From: Rhizaria sp. SCN 62-66
Taxonomy: Eukaryota
Assembly (NCBI GenBank): GCA_001724265.1
Contig: MEDY01000209.1
Coordinates: forward strand, 1 to 64,000
Direction: 5' to 3'
DNA: 64,000 bases
A program made the translations under genes and the position numbers. Positions 46,196-58,100 of this stretch are shown here, one piece after another. The first letter of the stretch is position 1; each line of letters begins with the position of its first letter. Below the pieces are notes generated by a model. It was not told where the DNA came from, did not search any database, and worked only from the letters and a program-made list of their open reading frames with translations.

Positions 46196-46517
46196 GGATT
46201 ACTTTGACAAAAATATATTTGTGAATGGTGGTTTTCTTTGTATGATTGCAGAATACAGTATTCATACCCTTCAAACTCTCTTTATCAATACTACACCATG
46301 CCAACTGCTGCATCACAATCTCACGAAGCTCCGCCACAAACTAGCATAAGATGGGGCTCATCACGAAGAAACAGTGAACTGTTTTGTATAAATAAGCATT
46401 ATTGTGTAAATTCAGAAACTCACTATATATCATCACTTCCTGCCGCAATTAATTGTCAGATCGACGTTTGTGGGCAGCAATAATTCGCCATAGTCACACG
46501 CAGCATGACTGACTCCA

Positions 46518-49500
46518 TCACTCTTGATGGGCGTCCTGTCCCATTTCCCCCGCCTCGATCGCGCGCAGCGCCTCCTCGAGCTTCTCGCGCGGCACGGGCT
46601 CCGCGGCGCCCAACCCCAGCGCGACCCTGAGCTCGGCCTCAGCCTCCTCCTCCTCGGCGCACAGCGCGCCCAGCTCCTGCCGGGCCGCGCGCTCGGCCTC
46701 GGCGCGCGCGGCGGCCGCGGCGGCCGCGGTGGCCTCGGCGGCCTCGAGGCGCGCCAGCTCGGCGGCCAGCGCGGCCGTCTCACGGTCGTGCGCAGCCGCC
46801 CAGGCCGCGGCGGCGGACTCGGCAGCCGCGGCGGCGGCGTCGGCGTCCGCGGCCAGCGCCAGGGCCGCCGCGTCGGCCTCGGACAAAGACGGGTCCGCCG
46901 CGAGAGAGGCGCTGCCGTCGCTAGGCGCAAGGCGGGCAGAGTTTGGGCCGGTCTCGGCGTCGGTGTCGAGCATGGCGGCGGAGACGAGGTAGTCCAGCTA
47001 AACGACAACAACGAACAGTGAGCAAGATAGAAACTTAGGTAAGATACAATCAACATGTCAAATGGAATATAAAAAACAAATAAACAAACAAGTGCAAAGA
47101 ATAACGTGATTTCGCTCCATGATACAGTAGTCTAGGGTAAAAACATGGAACCGATATGGTTCTTACTATACTTCGACGTTGTCGAGAAATAGCTGCTATT
47201 AAAGAGTCCAATCAACTTCAAGTTGTCCACTTCAAGTCGGTGGCAGATGTGTAATCAGTGGCGTACCTCGTCTTCGCTAATGCTGGGCCCCAGCTCCGCC
47301 CTCAACGCGGCCGCCAGGTCCCTGCGCACGCCCTCGCTCTCACTCTCGCTCTCGCTGCCTTTGCCGTCGTCATCGCCGCCAGCAAACGTGTCGCCCTCGT
47401 CGTCCTCGTCGACCACAGGGGATGCAGAGGGCTTGAGCTCGTCGTGGGTTTTGCCCGCGCCGCTCGCCTGCAGCTGCTGTTGCTGCTGCTGCCCGCGCTT
47501 AATGCGCCTGCGTTCCTGCTGCTCGGCCAGCGCGACGACGCGCCGCAGCTCCTCCTCCTCGGCCTCGAGCGCGCTCAGCTCGGCCCGCACGGCCCGCCCG
47601 CGCCGCGACGCCGCCTTGCGCGCGCGCCGCGCCGCCGCCTGTTCCCGCGCAGCCTCCGCCGCGCGCGCGGCAGCCGCAGTCGCCGCTAGGGACGCGGCGG
47701 GCGCGGCGGGGCGGCGGGAGCCTCGGGGCACAGCAGCTGCCGCCGTCGTCGTCGACGTCGACGTTGATGCATGCGCAGAGCGGCCCGTCGCGGGTTTTTG
47801 TCGAGCACTATAGCTGTCGCTAGTGGCGAGTGCGTCGTCCCCGTCTCCGTCCCCACCGTCGTCGTCGCTGCTGCTGCTGCCGCTGCCGCTGCCGGCCGCG
47901 TCCTGTTGTTCCTGCGCGCGCAGCAGCGCGTCCAGTCCCTGCTGTAGCCGCTCCGTCTCAGCGTCGAAGGCCGACAAGGCCGCGCTGAACTGCTGCCGCT
48001 GCGCGGGCGGCACGCGCCGCAGCGCGCCCACGGCCGCGGCCGCAGCGGCAGACGCGGCGGCGGACGCCGTTGTGGGCTCAGCGGGGCCGCTCAAGCCCGC
48101 GTGAGAGCCGGAGCCAGAACCAGAGCCGGAGCTGGTTCTAGAGCTGTTGGAGCTGGAGCCAGGGCGGGAGGATGGGAAACTGGAGAGCGGGTTGGAAGGA
48201 GTGACGATGGGGCGGACCGACTGCCCGCGGCGGTGTGGGCCGCCTGCAGCAGCAGCAGCAGGCGCGGACACCTGCGGTGCGTGTGTTGATGCGCGGGTTG
48301 CCGCGGGCACAGAGGCACTGTCGTCCTCGTCACCTTTCCTGTTGCTGTGCTGGCCGTTGTCGTCGCCAATGCTCGCACTCCCAGCGGCGCTTGCGGCAGC
48401 AGCAGCAGCAACAGCAGCTTTGGCGGCCGCGGCGGCCAGCGCCCGCGCCCGCGCCTCGGCCTTGGCCTCGGTCTCCGCCTTGGCCCTGGCCCGGGCCTCC
48501 GCGCGCGCCTCGGCCTTGGCGGCGGCCTCCGCCTCGACCTCCGCCTTGGCCCTAGCCTCGGCCTCGGTTTTGGCCCGCGCGCCCGCCTCGAGCCGCGCCT
48601 TGGCCTGCGCGCGCAGCTCGGCCTCGGCCTTGGCCTTGGCCTCGGCATCGGCCTTCGCTTTGGCCTCGGCCTCAGCCTTAGCTTGAGCGTCCGCCTCGGC
48701 CTTAGCCTTGGCCCTCGCATCAGCCTTCGCCCTGGCCTCCGCCGCAGCCACAGCCGCTGCTGCTGCTGCTTCAGCAACCGCTTCTGCCTTAGACTTCGCA
48801 GCGGCCGCGGCGGCTGTAGTTGCGGCGGCGGCAGCGGCAGCCTCAGCCTCAGCCTTTGCCTGAGCCTCGGCTTCAGCCTCAGCCTCAGCTTCCGCCTCAT
48901 CAGTGGCAACAGTGTCTGTCTCTGACTGGGGCGTCGCGTCTGTCTCCCCAGTCTGCATCGCGGTCTCTGTCTCCGCCTCTGCCGCAGCAACTGCAGCCGG
49001 AGCAGCAGGGTCTGTCGCTGTGGCCTCTGCAGCGGCACTCTGCGCCGCCGCAGCAGCGCCCTTGGCTGGCTTCGCAGCCGCCGCCGCCGCTGCCGCTGCC
49101 GCCGTTGGCTGCTTGGCCCTCGCGGCTGCCGGCAGCGCTGGCTTAGAGCTCGCCGCATTCACTGCCGGTGGTGGCGCGCCTGCCTTGGGTTTGAGCTTGA
49201 GCCTGCCGGCGCTGCTGCCGCGGCGCGCCCCCACTTCCGAGTTCGCAGCTGGTTCTGCTGCTGCTGCTGTTGTTGTTGATGATGATGTGTCTGTGGCGCT
49301 CGCTGCATCAGGAGCTTGCTGCTGCTGCTGCTTCTGCTGTTGCTGCTGCTTCAGCGTCTGCTCCTTAAGCTGTTGCTGTTGTTGCTGTTGCTGTTGCTGC
49401 AGCACTTTCTTTACCAGCTCGGCCGCGGCCGCGCTGGAGCCCGCGCCCACAGTCGCGCTCACGGTCGCGCCCGCGGTCATTGGCTCTGCCGCAGGCGCGG

Positions 49501-50683
49501 CGGCGGCGGCGAGGCGCGTTACGACCGGCCGCGCCGCAGCAGCAGCAGCAGCAGCAGTAGCAGCGGCAGCGGCAGCGGCGGCGTCGGCTTTAGCTTCGGC
49601 CTCAGCCTCAGCCTTAGCCTTGGCCTCCGCAGCAGCAGCCTTGGCCGCAGCCTCAGTCCTGGCCCTCGCCTGGGCCTGGGCCTGGGCTTGCGCTTCGGCC
49701 GCGGCCGCCGCAGCAGCCTTGCGCTCTCGTCGCTCTCGCTCTCTCTGCTGTTCCAGCTCCTGCTCTCGCTCCCGCTGGACGTCCCTCGGCTCCGCGCCCG
49801 CCGCAGCCGCAGCCGCCGCCACTGCAGCGGTAGCCCTCGCGCCCGCGCCCGCGGCAGTGGCGGCACCTTCAGCCCGGACGCGCGCGGCGGCCGCGGCGGC
49901 CACGGCCCGATCGGCCTGGGCCGCCGCCGCTGCAGCAGCAGCCGCGCGCTGCCGTAGCCGCGCGACCTCGGCCTCCGCCTTCGCGGCCTCGGCGGCCGCG
50001 GCCTCAGCGGCAGCGGCAGCGGCGGCGGACTGGCGGGCGCTTGCAGTTGCCGCGGCAGCGTTGCTGCGGCTCGAGGGGCGGCTTGACTTGAGCGCGCTGG
50101 CGACTGCATGCACGGTGGCCGCCGCGCCCGCCACGCCGCCGCCGCTGCCCCCGCCGTGGCCTGCGCTCGCGCCCGCATTAGTTGCAGTGGCTGCAGTGGT
50201 GGTGGCAGTGGTGACAGCTGGCGTCTTGTGCAGGCGTGGGGCGCGGTCGCCGCGCGCGGCCACAATGCGCGCGTAGCGGTCCAGCGTCGACGCGACGCGC
50301 CCGTCCCCCGTGGCGGCGCTCGCGCTGCTGCTGCTGCTGCTACTGCTGGGGGTGGCGGTGGCGGCGGCTGTTACCAGCGTGGCGCCGGGCCGCGGCGGGC
50401 CCAGCGGCGCGCCAGCGCCGCCGCCGCCGCCACCGCCGGGTGGCGTGGCGGCAGCGCGGGGCGGGTGCGGGCGCAGCGCGGGCGCGCCTGTCGCGGCCGC
50501 GGAGGACGTTAAGGCCGAGACTGAGGCGGAGGTGGAGGCCGGGGCAGCGGCGGGCACGGCGGGGGCCACCAGCGCCGACGCCGCTGACGAGGGCAGGAAA
50601 TGCGACAGCAGCTGGTCCGTCGCGTAAACAGAGCCGCTGCTAGTCGTTGTAGGCCCTGAAGCAGGCGTAGGGCGGGACGCCAT
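46518..50683 (-). CDS. Large Ala/Glu/Lys/Gln-rich low-complexity coiled-coil protein; exons ~50683-47267, 46997-46518
   Basis: A frame of more than 1100 open codons joined by a phase-0 GTACG...TAG intron ([14 protein letters not shown]) to a terminal exon ending TGA. KAEAEA-type repeats. No family recognised; start uncertain. Confidence 0.65.
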
Positions 50684-51395
50684 CAGTGAGTGTGACTGGA
50701 GGGCTTGGGCGAGGTAACGTAAGGTTCTCTCGAGTGCTTGAACGAAAACAGGAGTAATGTGAAAGGTATACATCGTCAATGAACGTTTGATCAACTGAAC
50801 TAAATATAAAGAACCAATTTAATTTCAATCACCCTAATTATAATCGCAAATCCTGTGTTTGTACGCAGATATCTCGTTCACAAAATAAGTTTCCGTTGGC
50901 AACCAGCACTGCAAAATTTTTCCCCAGTTCGAGGCCGGGCCGATGCCTGGTTCGGAAGTGAGAATTCTCTGGCTGTTGATCGTCAGTCTTAATTCTGTCG
51001 TTTGCTTATGTTATTCTTGATAGTTTGACAAGTACTTCATGTAATTGTCACTCGTCCTTACGCTTTTGTGAGCTTCTCATGATGCTTTCTTTTTCACTCG
51101 ACGTCGACTGCTTCTGCCCCTGAGTCCCCCCACCGTTTCTAGCCATGTGCGCCAGCTTGGTGAGTGCTTTCGTGGCCAACGACATAAAATGCATAGCACA
51201 CTACCTTTTCTATCTATATTACTTGCTCACAGTCGTTTTCACCGCGTTCCCCCTGCTCGCACGCCCCCCGCAGCTTGCGGTTCCCCGCACTCCCCCCCGC
51301 GCACCTCCCTCCGGCCCGCCCCGCCCCCGCGCCCGGCGCCGCCACCTGCTCTGTTGCCCTCGCTCCGCCTCTGCCGGCGCCTTCCCGCGCGCTTG

Positions 51396-53046
51396 ATGAG
51401 CTTCCACACGCCCGCGCCGCCCGCGACGAAGCGCGCCGCCCCCGCCGCGGCCGCTGAGACGCCCTCGGCCGCGCGCACTGGCACGCTCCCACTGCCGCCT
51501 TCCGCGCAGCGGCCCGCCGCGCTCGCCGGCGCGCTCCCTTTCGCGCTCGCCGCGGCCTCGCCCTACGGCGCCGCCGCGCCCGTGCCCCCCGTCCCCGCGT
51601 TCGGCTACAGCAATGGCAGCGGCGGTGGCAATACTCATACGCACTCGCACGCACTTGCGCATGCGCAGTCGGCAGCGGCATTCGCGTCCTTCGCCTCGCC
51701 GCCCCACTCCGGCGTCCACGGCGGCCACGCGCACTCCGCAACACCGGGCCCCGCCATCTCCCCCTCCTCGTCGTCCTCGTCCTCGTCGTCGTCGTCGTCG
51801 TCGTTGCCTTCTGTGCGGCCGCCGCTGCCATGCGAAAGCTACCTGCTGCCGCGGCTGCCGCAGGCCACCTTGCGCGAGGGCCTCTCCTCGCTCCCGCGCC
51901 CGCTCGTCGAGGCCTTCAGCACCGCGCGCACGGCCGCGCTCGCGCTCCGCGCCGCCGCCGCCGCCAACGTCACCCCCGTCACCAACAACAACAGCGGGAT
52001 GGGGGGCCGACCCAGCCGCACCGTGTCGGCTCCGGTCATCTCGTCCTCGGCCGCCGCCGCGGCGGGCAACCACGCCAGCGGCGGCGGCGGGGCGACTGAG
52101 GCGCCCGGGGACTCGGCGGGGTGCGTGCCTGTGCCTTTCCCGCGCGCGCTCGCAGAGCAGCACATGTGTTTGCTACAGGTGCGTCATTTCGTGCAATTGT
52201 CTTGTTTGAGATATATTTTGGGTCATTATTTAATCATTTGGGATATTTTGTGTACTTCAAGTTTTAACAATCTTGCTTTATTGAAACTAAACTTAAATAA
52301 CTGGTATTACAAGCCCTCACACACACTCACTATTCTTAATTCTCTTTTTGTCCTTTCTTTGCTTTGTTTTGCCACTGCATGCCCCCCCCCCCCCCCCCCC
52401 CCCCCGTGCCCGCCGCGGCCGCGGTTGAGTGTCCCCCGCGCTGGGCGGCGAAGAACCGCTACGGGAACATCGCGCCCAACGACGCCTTCCGCGTCCGCCT
52501 CCGCGCGGGCCCATACACGGTGCCGCAGTCTGCATCCCTCGCGCCTTCCCCGCTCGCGGCCTCGGCCTCCACTTCGAGTGCCGGCTCCGCGGGCTCGAAC
52601 GCGGGCTCCGGCTCCGGCTCTGGCGCGGGCGAGGGGATGACCGACGGCCCCGCCCAGTCGCACCCGCAGTCTCATCAGCAGCCCCCCGCGGCGGTCGGCT
52701 TCGGGGGCGGGCTGGGTGGACTGGGCGCGCGCGCCGGTGCTGCGGGCGGTGGCCGCGACCTCAACCGCCGCTCCGTCAGCTTTACGGGTGCCGCCGCGGC
52801 CGCCGCGGCCCTGGGCGTGGGCCGCGCGCAGGTGCAGGCGCAGGGACAGGGGCACGGGCTCAGTCAAGGCGACAGCAGCCACGCGCTCAATAGTGGCGGC
52901 GGCGGCCTGGACCCGTTTTCGTCGCCGATTGTGCCGCGCTCGATCTCGATGATGGCCGACACGCCCGACGCCGGCGGCAGCGGCGGCATTGCCAACATCA
53001 ACGCCAACTCCAGCTTCTCGATCGCGACCGCGGCTTCCACCCCGGC

Positions 53047-53078
<32 letters not shown>

Positions 53079-53874
53079 GGGGCGGCGGTGGCGCGGGCCG
53101 CCGCGGCGGCGGGGGGCTCACAGTCAGCGTCAGCCCGCCCGTGCCCGGCGCTCACGGTTACGCCCACGGTCACTTCGGCCCGGCGGCCGCGCACGGCGCT
53201 GTCAGCGGCGCCGGAACCGGCGCGAATGCCGGCGGCGACGACTACATCAACGCGTCGCACGTGCCGCCGCTGCTTGCGCGCGCGCCGCAGCGCTACATCG
53301 CTGCACAGGTACGTGTTTATATGTCGATATATCGCTTCACTCAAATTACGCATTGTTAAACTAAATACTCACTCTGTACATCTTCTCATCAAACATGTTT
53401 TCTAACACCCGCCCCACCGCTTTCTTTGCATCTGGTGCACTCGTTGTCTCGCAGGCCCCGACGCGCGCGGCGATCGGGGACTTCTGGCAGATGGCGTGGG
53501 AGCAACAGTCGCCGCTGGTGGTGATGCTCACGCGCCTGCACGAACGCAAGGGCATGCGCACGGTCGTCAAGGCCGACGTGTACTGGCCGCCCACTCCCGC
53601 CGAGCTCGCGGCCGAGGCCCCCAACGCGCTCGGCGCTTCTGAGGCCGCCGCCGAGGACGAGGCCTACTGCCGCTACGTCGCAGACATGCTCAAGCTGCCC
53701 TTCTCCGCCTCTGCGGCCGCTGCGGCTGCGTCGGCGGCGGCAGCGGCGATGAAGGCGGGCAATCCTGCTGGCACTGGCACCTCGAGCATCGCCGGCACGC
53801 CCGCGCCCGCGCCCGTCTCGGTGAATGAGCCCGCGGCGTCGTTCTTCACGCCCGTGCGGCCCTCGCCCACCGCG

Positions 53875-53906
<32 letters not shown>

Positions 53907-54020
53907 GCAGGCGCAGGCGCAGGCGGGCCAGTCTGGGTCATCATTGCTGGCGCAGTCGCCGATGGCAGTGCCCGCCGCGGTGGCCGCCGCCGAGGCTGCG
54001 ACGGCCGCCGCGGACGCCGC

Positions 54021-54051
<31 letters not shown>

Positions 54052-54741
54052 CCGCCGCTGCACTGGCTTGCACGGCGCCCGCGGCTCAGCGCGGGGCCCA
54101 TCACGGCCGTCGCGGGCGCGGTGCTCAGCTGCAGCAACAACGAGTGCATCGTGCGCGAGGTCTATCTCCTCACGCCTCACGCGCTCGCGCTCGCCAACAG
54201 CGCTTCTGGCGCTGATGAAGTGCCCGCGCCGGGCGAGTGCGTGCGGCGCGTGTTCGTGCTGCAGTACGTGGCCTGGCCGGACTTCGCGGTGCCCTCGAAC
54301 CTCGAGTCGCTCTTCGCGCTCTTCGCCATCTACAGGCACTTGCGCGGGCTCTGCGCCACACAGGCCGGCAACAGCGCCGTCGTGCTCTCGTCCCCCAGCA
54401 ACGGCGGCGCTCAGAGCCAGAGCCAGGGCCAGAGCCTGGGGTTGGTGGCGTCGCGCGGCCCCGTGATCTGCCACTGCTCCGCGGGCGTGGGCCGCACGGG
54501 TGCCTTCATTGCCGCCGACGCCGTGCTCGCACACGCCGCCGCGCTCCAGGCCCAGGCCCACGCGGGCGCGGGCGCGGGTGTGGCGGGCGGCGGCGGGCTG
54601 GCGAGCGTGTTACAGGCCGCCGTGGGCATGCGGTTGAGCCGGCCCGGCATGATCCAGACAGCCGACCAGTACGCGCTCGTGTACAACTTCGTGCAGTACT
54701 GCGCCGGCCACGCGCGCAGGGGGCTGTTGGGGCTCATGTAA
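51396..54741 (+). CDS. Classical (tyrosine-specific) protein tyrosine phosphatase with large inserts; exons 51396-52178, ~52406/52430-53308, 53455-54741
   Basis: KNRYGNIAPND.FRVRL, DYINAS, YIAAQ|AP, DFWQMAWEQ, YWP, QYVAWPDFAVP, VICHCSAGVGRTG, RPGMIQTADQY. The exon 2 acceptor is obscured by a C24 run. Confidence 0.9.
52382..52405. repeat. C24 homopolymer at an intron/exon boundary
   Basis: 24 consecutive C. Confidence 0.9.
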
Positions 54742-55155
54742 GCGCGCACGCAGTCGCCGAGTCGAGACTCACGACGACGACTCCATTACAACCATCACCA
54801 ATGGCTGTTGTCGTTAGGGCATTTCACTACAAGTTTTTGTTAGTTGCTGAAGTACTACATTTTATTCGCTTGCACAGTTAGGTATATTGTTTATGTCTCA
54901 ATTCTGTGACCTTAATAATCGTTATCATGCATTTTATCAACATCCCTTTATTGTTCGTTACCAAGGACATGTTTGTCCCCGTGACATTGCTGCTATACGC
55001 GTCCATTTGAATGTATCAAAGCAATCAATACACGAATGTTACGTAATCTCTCGATTTTAAGCGCAAAAACTGCGTGTAAAGTACATTGATCCTATTTATT
55101 ATCACTTGATTAACTCTAGATAAATGTGATTGTTGTGAGTAAAGTCAACCACAGC

Positions 55156-58100
55156 TCACTCATCACACAGAGGCGCGACAGCCCTCAACAGCGCGCGTGC
55201 GGCCCGTGACAGCGTCCATACCGGCGGCGCGCCATCCTCCAAACCGTATACCGCCTTGGGAACTGCAGATGCAGCACCGCCAACAGCAGCACCTGCGCTC
55301 GAGGCAGTAGCAGCCTTCGAGGCCGCGGCGGCGCGCACCCAGCGCAGCCAGCGCGGCGCGGCGAGCGCGGTCCGCAGCGCGCGCGGCGCCGAGGCGCGGC
55401 CCTCCACCGCGGCCGCAGCGCGGGACACGGCGCCCGCGGCCAAGGCCAGCACGCATGCCCATGCCCGCACCTCCTGCTCCTGTGGCTCTTCACAGGAGCT
55501 GCCGTCGCTCCCAGCGCTGCTGCGCATGTGCGCGCAGTGCGGGGACAGCGGCAGTCCCAGCGCCCGCGAGAGCCCGTAGCAGGGGCTGCGCGCCAGCGCC
55601 GCCGCCTGCGGCAGCGCCTGCGGCAGCGCCTGCGGCAACGCTTGCGGCAACGCTTGCGGCAACGCTTGCGGCAACGCTTGCGGCAACGCTTGCGGCAACG
55701 CTTGCGGGGTTGACGCGGTGGGGACAGTCGCGGCAGCCGACTCGCCGCCGCGCTGCGCCGCGAGCGCGGCCCGCCAGAGGGCGCGGGCGCGGGCTGAGCG
55801 CGCGGGCGCGGCGGCGCAGGCGTCGCAAGCGCAGTAACCAATGCCGGGCCGCTGCAGCAGCAGCTCGGCCGCGAATTGCGCAAGCAACAGCGACGACGAC
55901 GATGGTGATGTTGGCATTGACAGAGACACGCCAGCGACATAATGCGCAAGCGCTGCAGTCTCTGCACTGTTCAGACCCAGCAGTGCCGCAAGCCCCATTG
56001 CTGCCGCTGAGCGCACTTCCGCCGCAGCCAGGGCAAACAGCTCATTATGCGCGCTTGTAGACGCGCCAACGTCTGTGACGTGCTGTAGCTGCAGCGTGCG
56101 CAGCCCCGCAAGCGTCCCGTCGCGGTGCCAGCGCAGGAGCAGCGCGCGCGCGGCGGTTGCGGCGGCTGCAAACGTCAGCAGACGCCACAGCCGCGGCTGA
56201 TGCAGCCCGCAGTTGGCGCGCAACAGCCCTTGCCGCAGCGCAAAGTCCTCGCGGGCCTCGCGGGAAGCGCGCGCGGGGGGGCTCTCGCACTCCTCGTCGT
56301 CATCTTCGTCGGCGTCGGCGTTGGCCGCGGCGTCGGCGCAGTCCGAGGTCTTGCTAGTCGCGCTATCGCCGTCAGCGTCGCTGCCAGCATCACTCACACA
56401 CTCGCCGCCAACTTCGCAACCTTTCCCTTTGCCGCTGCGACTATAATCACTGTTGACAGCGTCTGCGCAGTCCGCCGCGCGCAGCTCCCGTCGCAGCAGA
56501 CACGGCGGCACGTGCGGCCGCGGCCCCGCGTCGTCGTGGAACGCACCCGCCAGCGACCGCGCCAGAGCGCCGCACTCGGGCGGACACGGTACGCGCGCGA
56601 CATCGCCGTCAGCAACGCTCGAAGACGCTTTGGTCGCAGGTGTGTTAGTCGCGCTTGTGACAACGTCCTTGCTTCCATTGGCGTGCGCGCGCCTATTCTT
56701 GGCGGCGACGGCGTCGAAGGCGAAGGCGTCGAGCGCGGCGTCGGCGGCGGCGCGGTCGGCGGCGAGCTGCCCCAGCACCGCCGGCAGCGCGGGCGCGGCG
56801 AGCCAGTTGTGGTTGAGCGAGAGACAGGGCGCGAGGTTGTGCACCTCGTGCGCGAACTGCGGCGGGACCAGCACCGCCACGCCGGGGCCCTGCGCCGCCG
56901 CGCACAGCGGCAGCGGCCGCAGGGACCGCAGACGCAGACGCAGCGCCGCACGCGCAGCCACTGCTGCAGATGCCGCAGCTGCCGGCCCTGCTGTCGCGTT
57001 TTCGGTCGTCGTCTCTGCCGCAGTCTCCGTCGGCGGCGCATCGAGCGCGAGAACGCGGAGGCGCGCGCGGGCCACCCACTCCGCCCACAGCGCGGCCGCG
57101 GCGGGCGGGAAGCGCGGCGCGCGGGGGCCCGCCCGCAGCGCCGCGAAGGCCGAGTAAGCGTCGCTCACCGGCGACGCCACGCGCCCCACCTCGGCCCGCT
57201 GCGTTTGCCGAGTGTAGCGCTCGAGCAGCAGGTCGTCCGCGGCGGCTGCAGCGGCAGCGTCTTCGTCAGAGCTCGCGTCACACGCGCTGTGCGTTTCAGT
57301 GAGCGCGATGCGGCTGCGGCGCGCGCTCGCACGCAGCACGGCGGCCGCAGCCGCCGCAGCAGGAAGCAAGTAGCCCGCAGCCTCGGCGCCATCAGCCGCG
57401 GCGGCGAGCGCTGCGGCGTCGGCGGCCGCGGCGACGGGCCCGTTTGAGAGCGCCGCTGCGGCCGCGGGCGCCCAGAAAAGCCAGAGCTTGACGCCGGCGA
57501 GATTAGCGGACCAGGAATTGGAGCCGAAGACGTCGCGGTGTAGCGGCGTCCACGAGCCGCGCGGGCCCAGGTACAGGAAGCGGTAGCTGTGTGCGCTCGT
57601 GCCGCACTCGTCGTCCACAAGCTCATCGTCGTCTTCGTTGCCGTCGTCGTCAAGTTTCTCGGAAGCGTGTTCTCGTTCACGCGGACCGTGCATATCACTC
57701 TGCTCACGCGCACTCTGATCGCGCTCGCTTTGCTCTCGTTCAGACTGCTCGCGCTCGCTCTGCAGCTCCGACTCCCAGTCGTGCAGCTCGTTGAGCCAGT
57801 CGTCGCTCAGCCCCGCGGGCACCGAGTACGCTGCAACCCACTTCGGGCCCGAAGCTGAGCTCGAGTGCTCGCAGTCACTAGCGATCTGCGCCGTCTGCTG
57901 ACCAATGCCACTGCCGGAGCGTTCACAGCCCCAGTCGCCGGCGATGCCGTGTGGATGCGAGTGAGTCCAATGCCAATCGCGCACATACGCATCGAACCCA
58001 CCGCTGTAGCCGCTGACGCTGCCACTGCCGTTAGCGGCAGTACTAGTCGCCGTCGTCGCCACACTGCCCTCGGGGCCCGTCCAGTCGCGGCCAACGCTCT

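Noticed and set aside
55603-55707. 12-bp and 6-bp tandem arrays as CRISPR or mobile-element repeats
   Set aside because: No spacers, in frame within eukaryotic CDSs, and no cas or transposase genes in the window.
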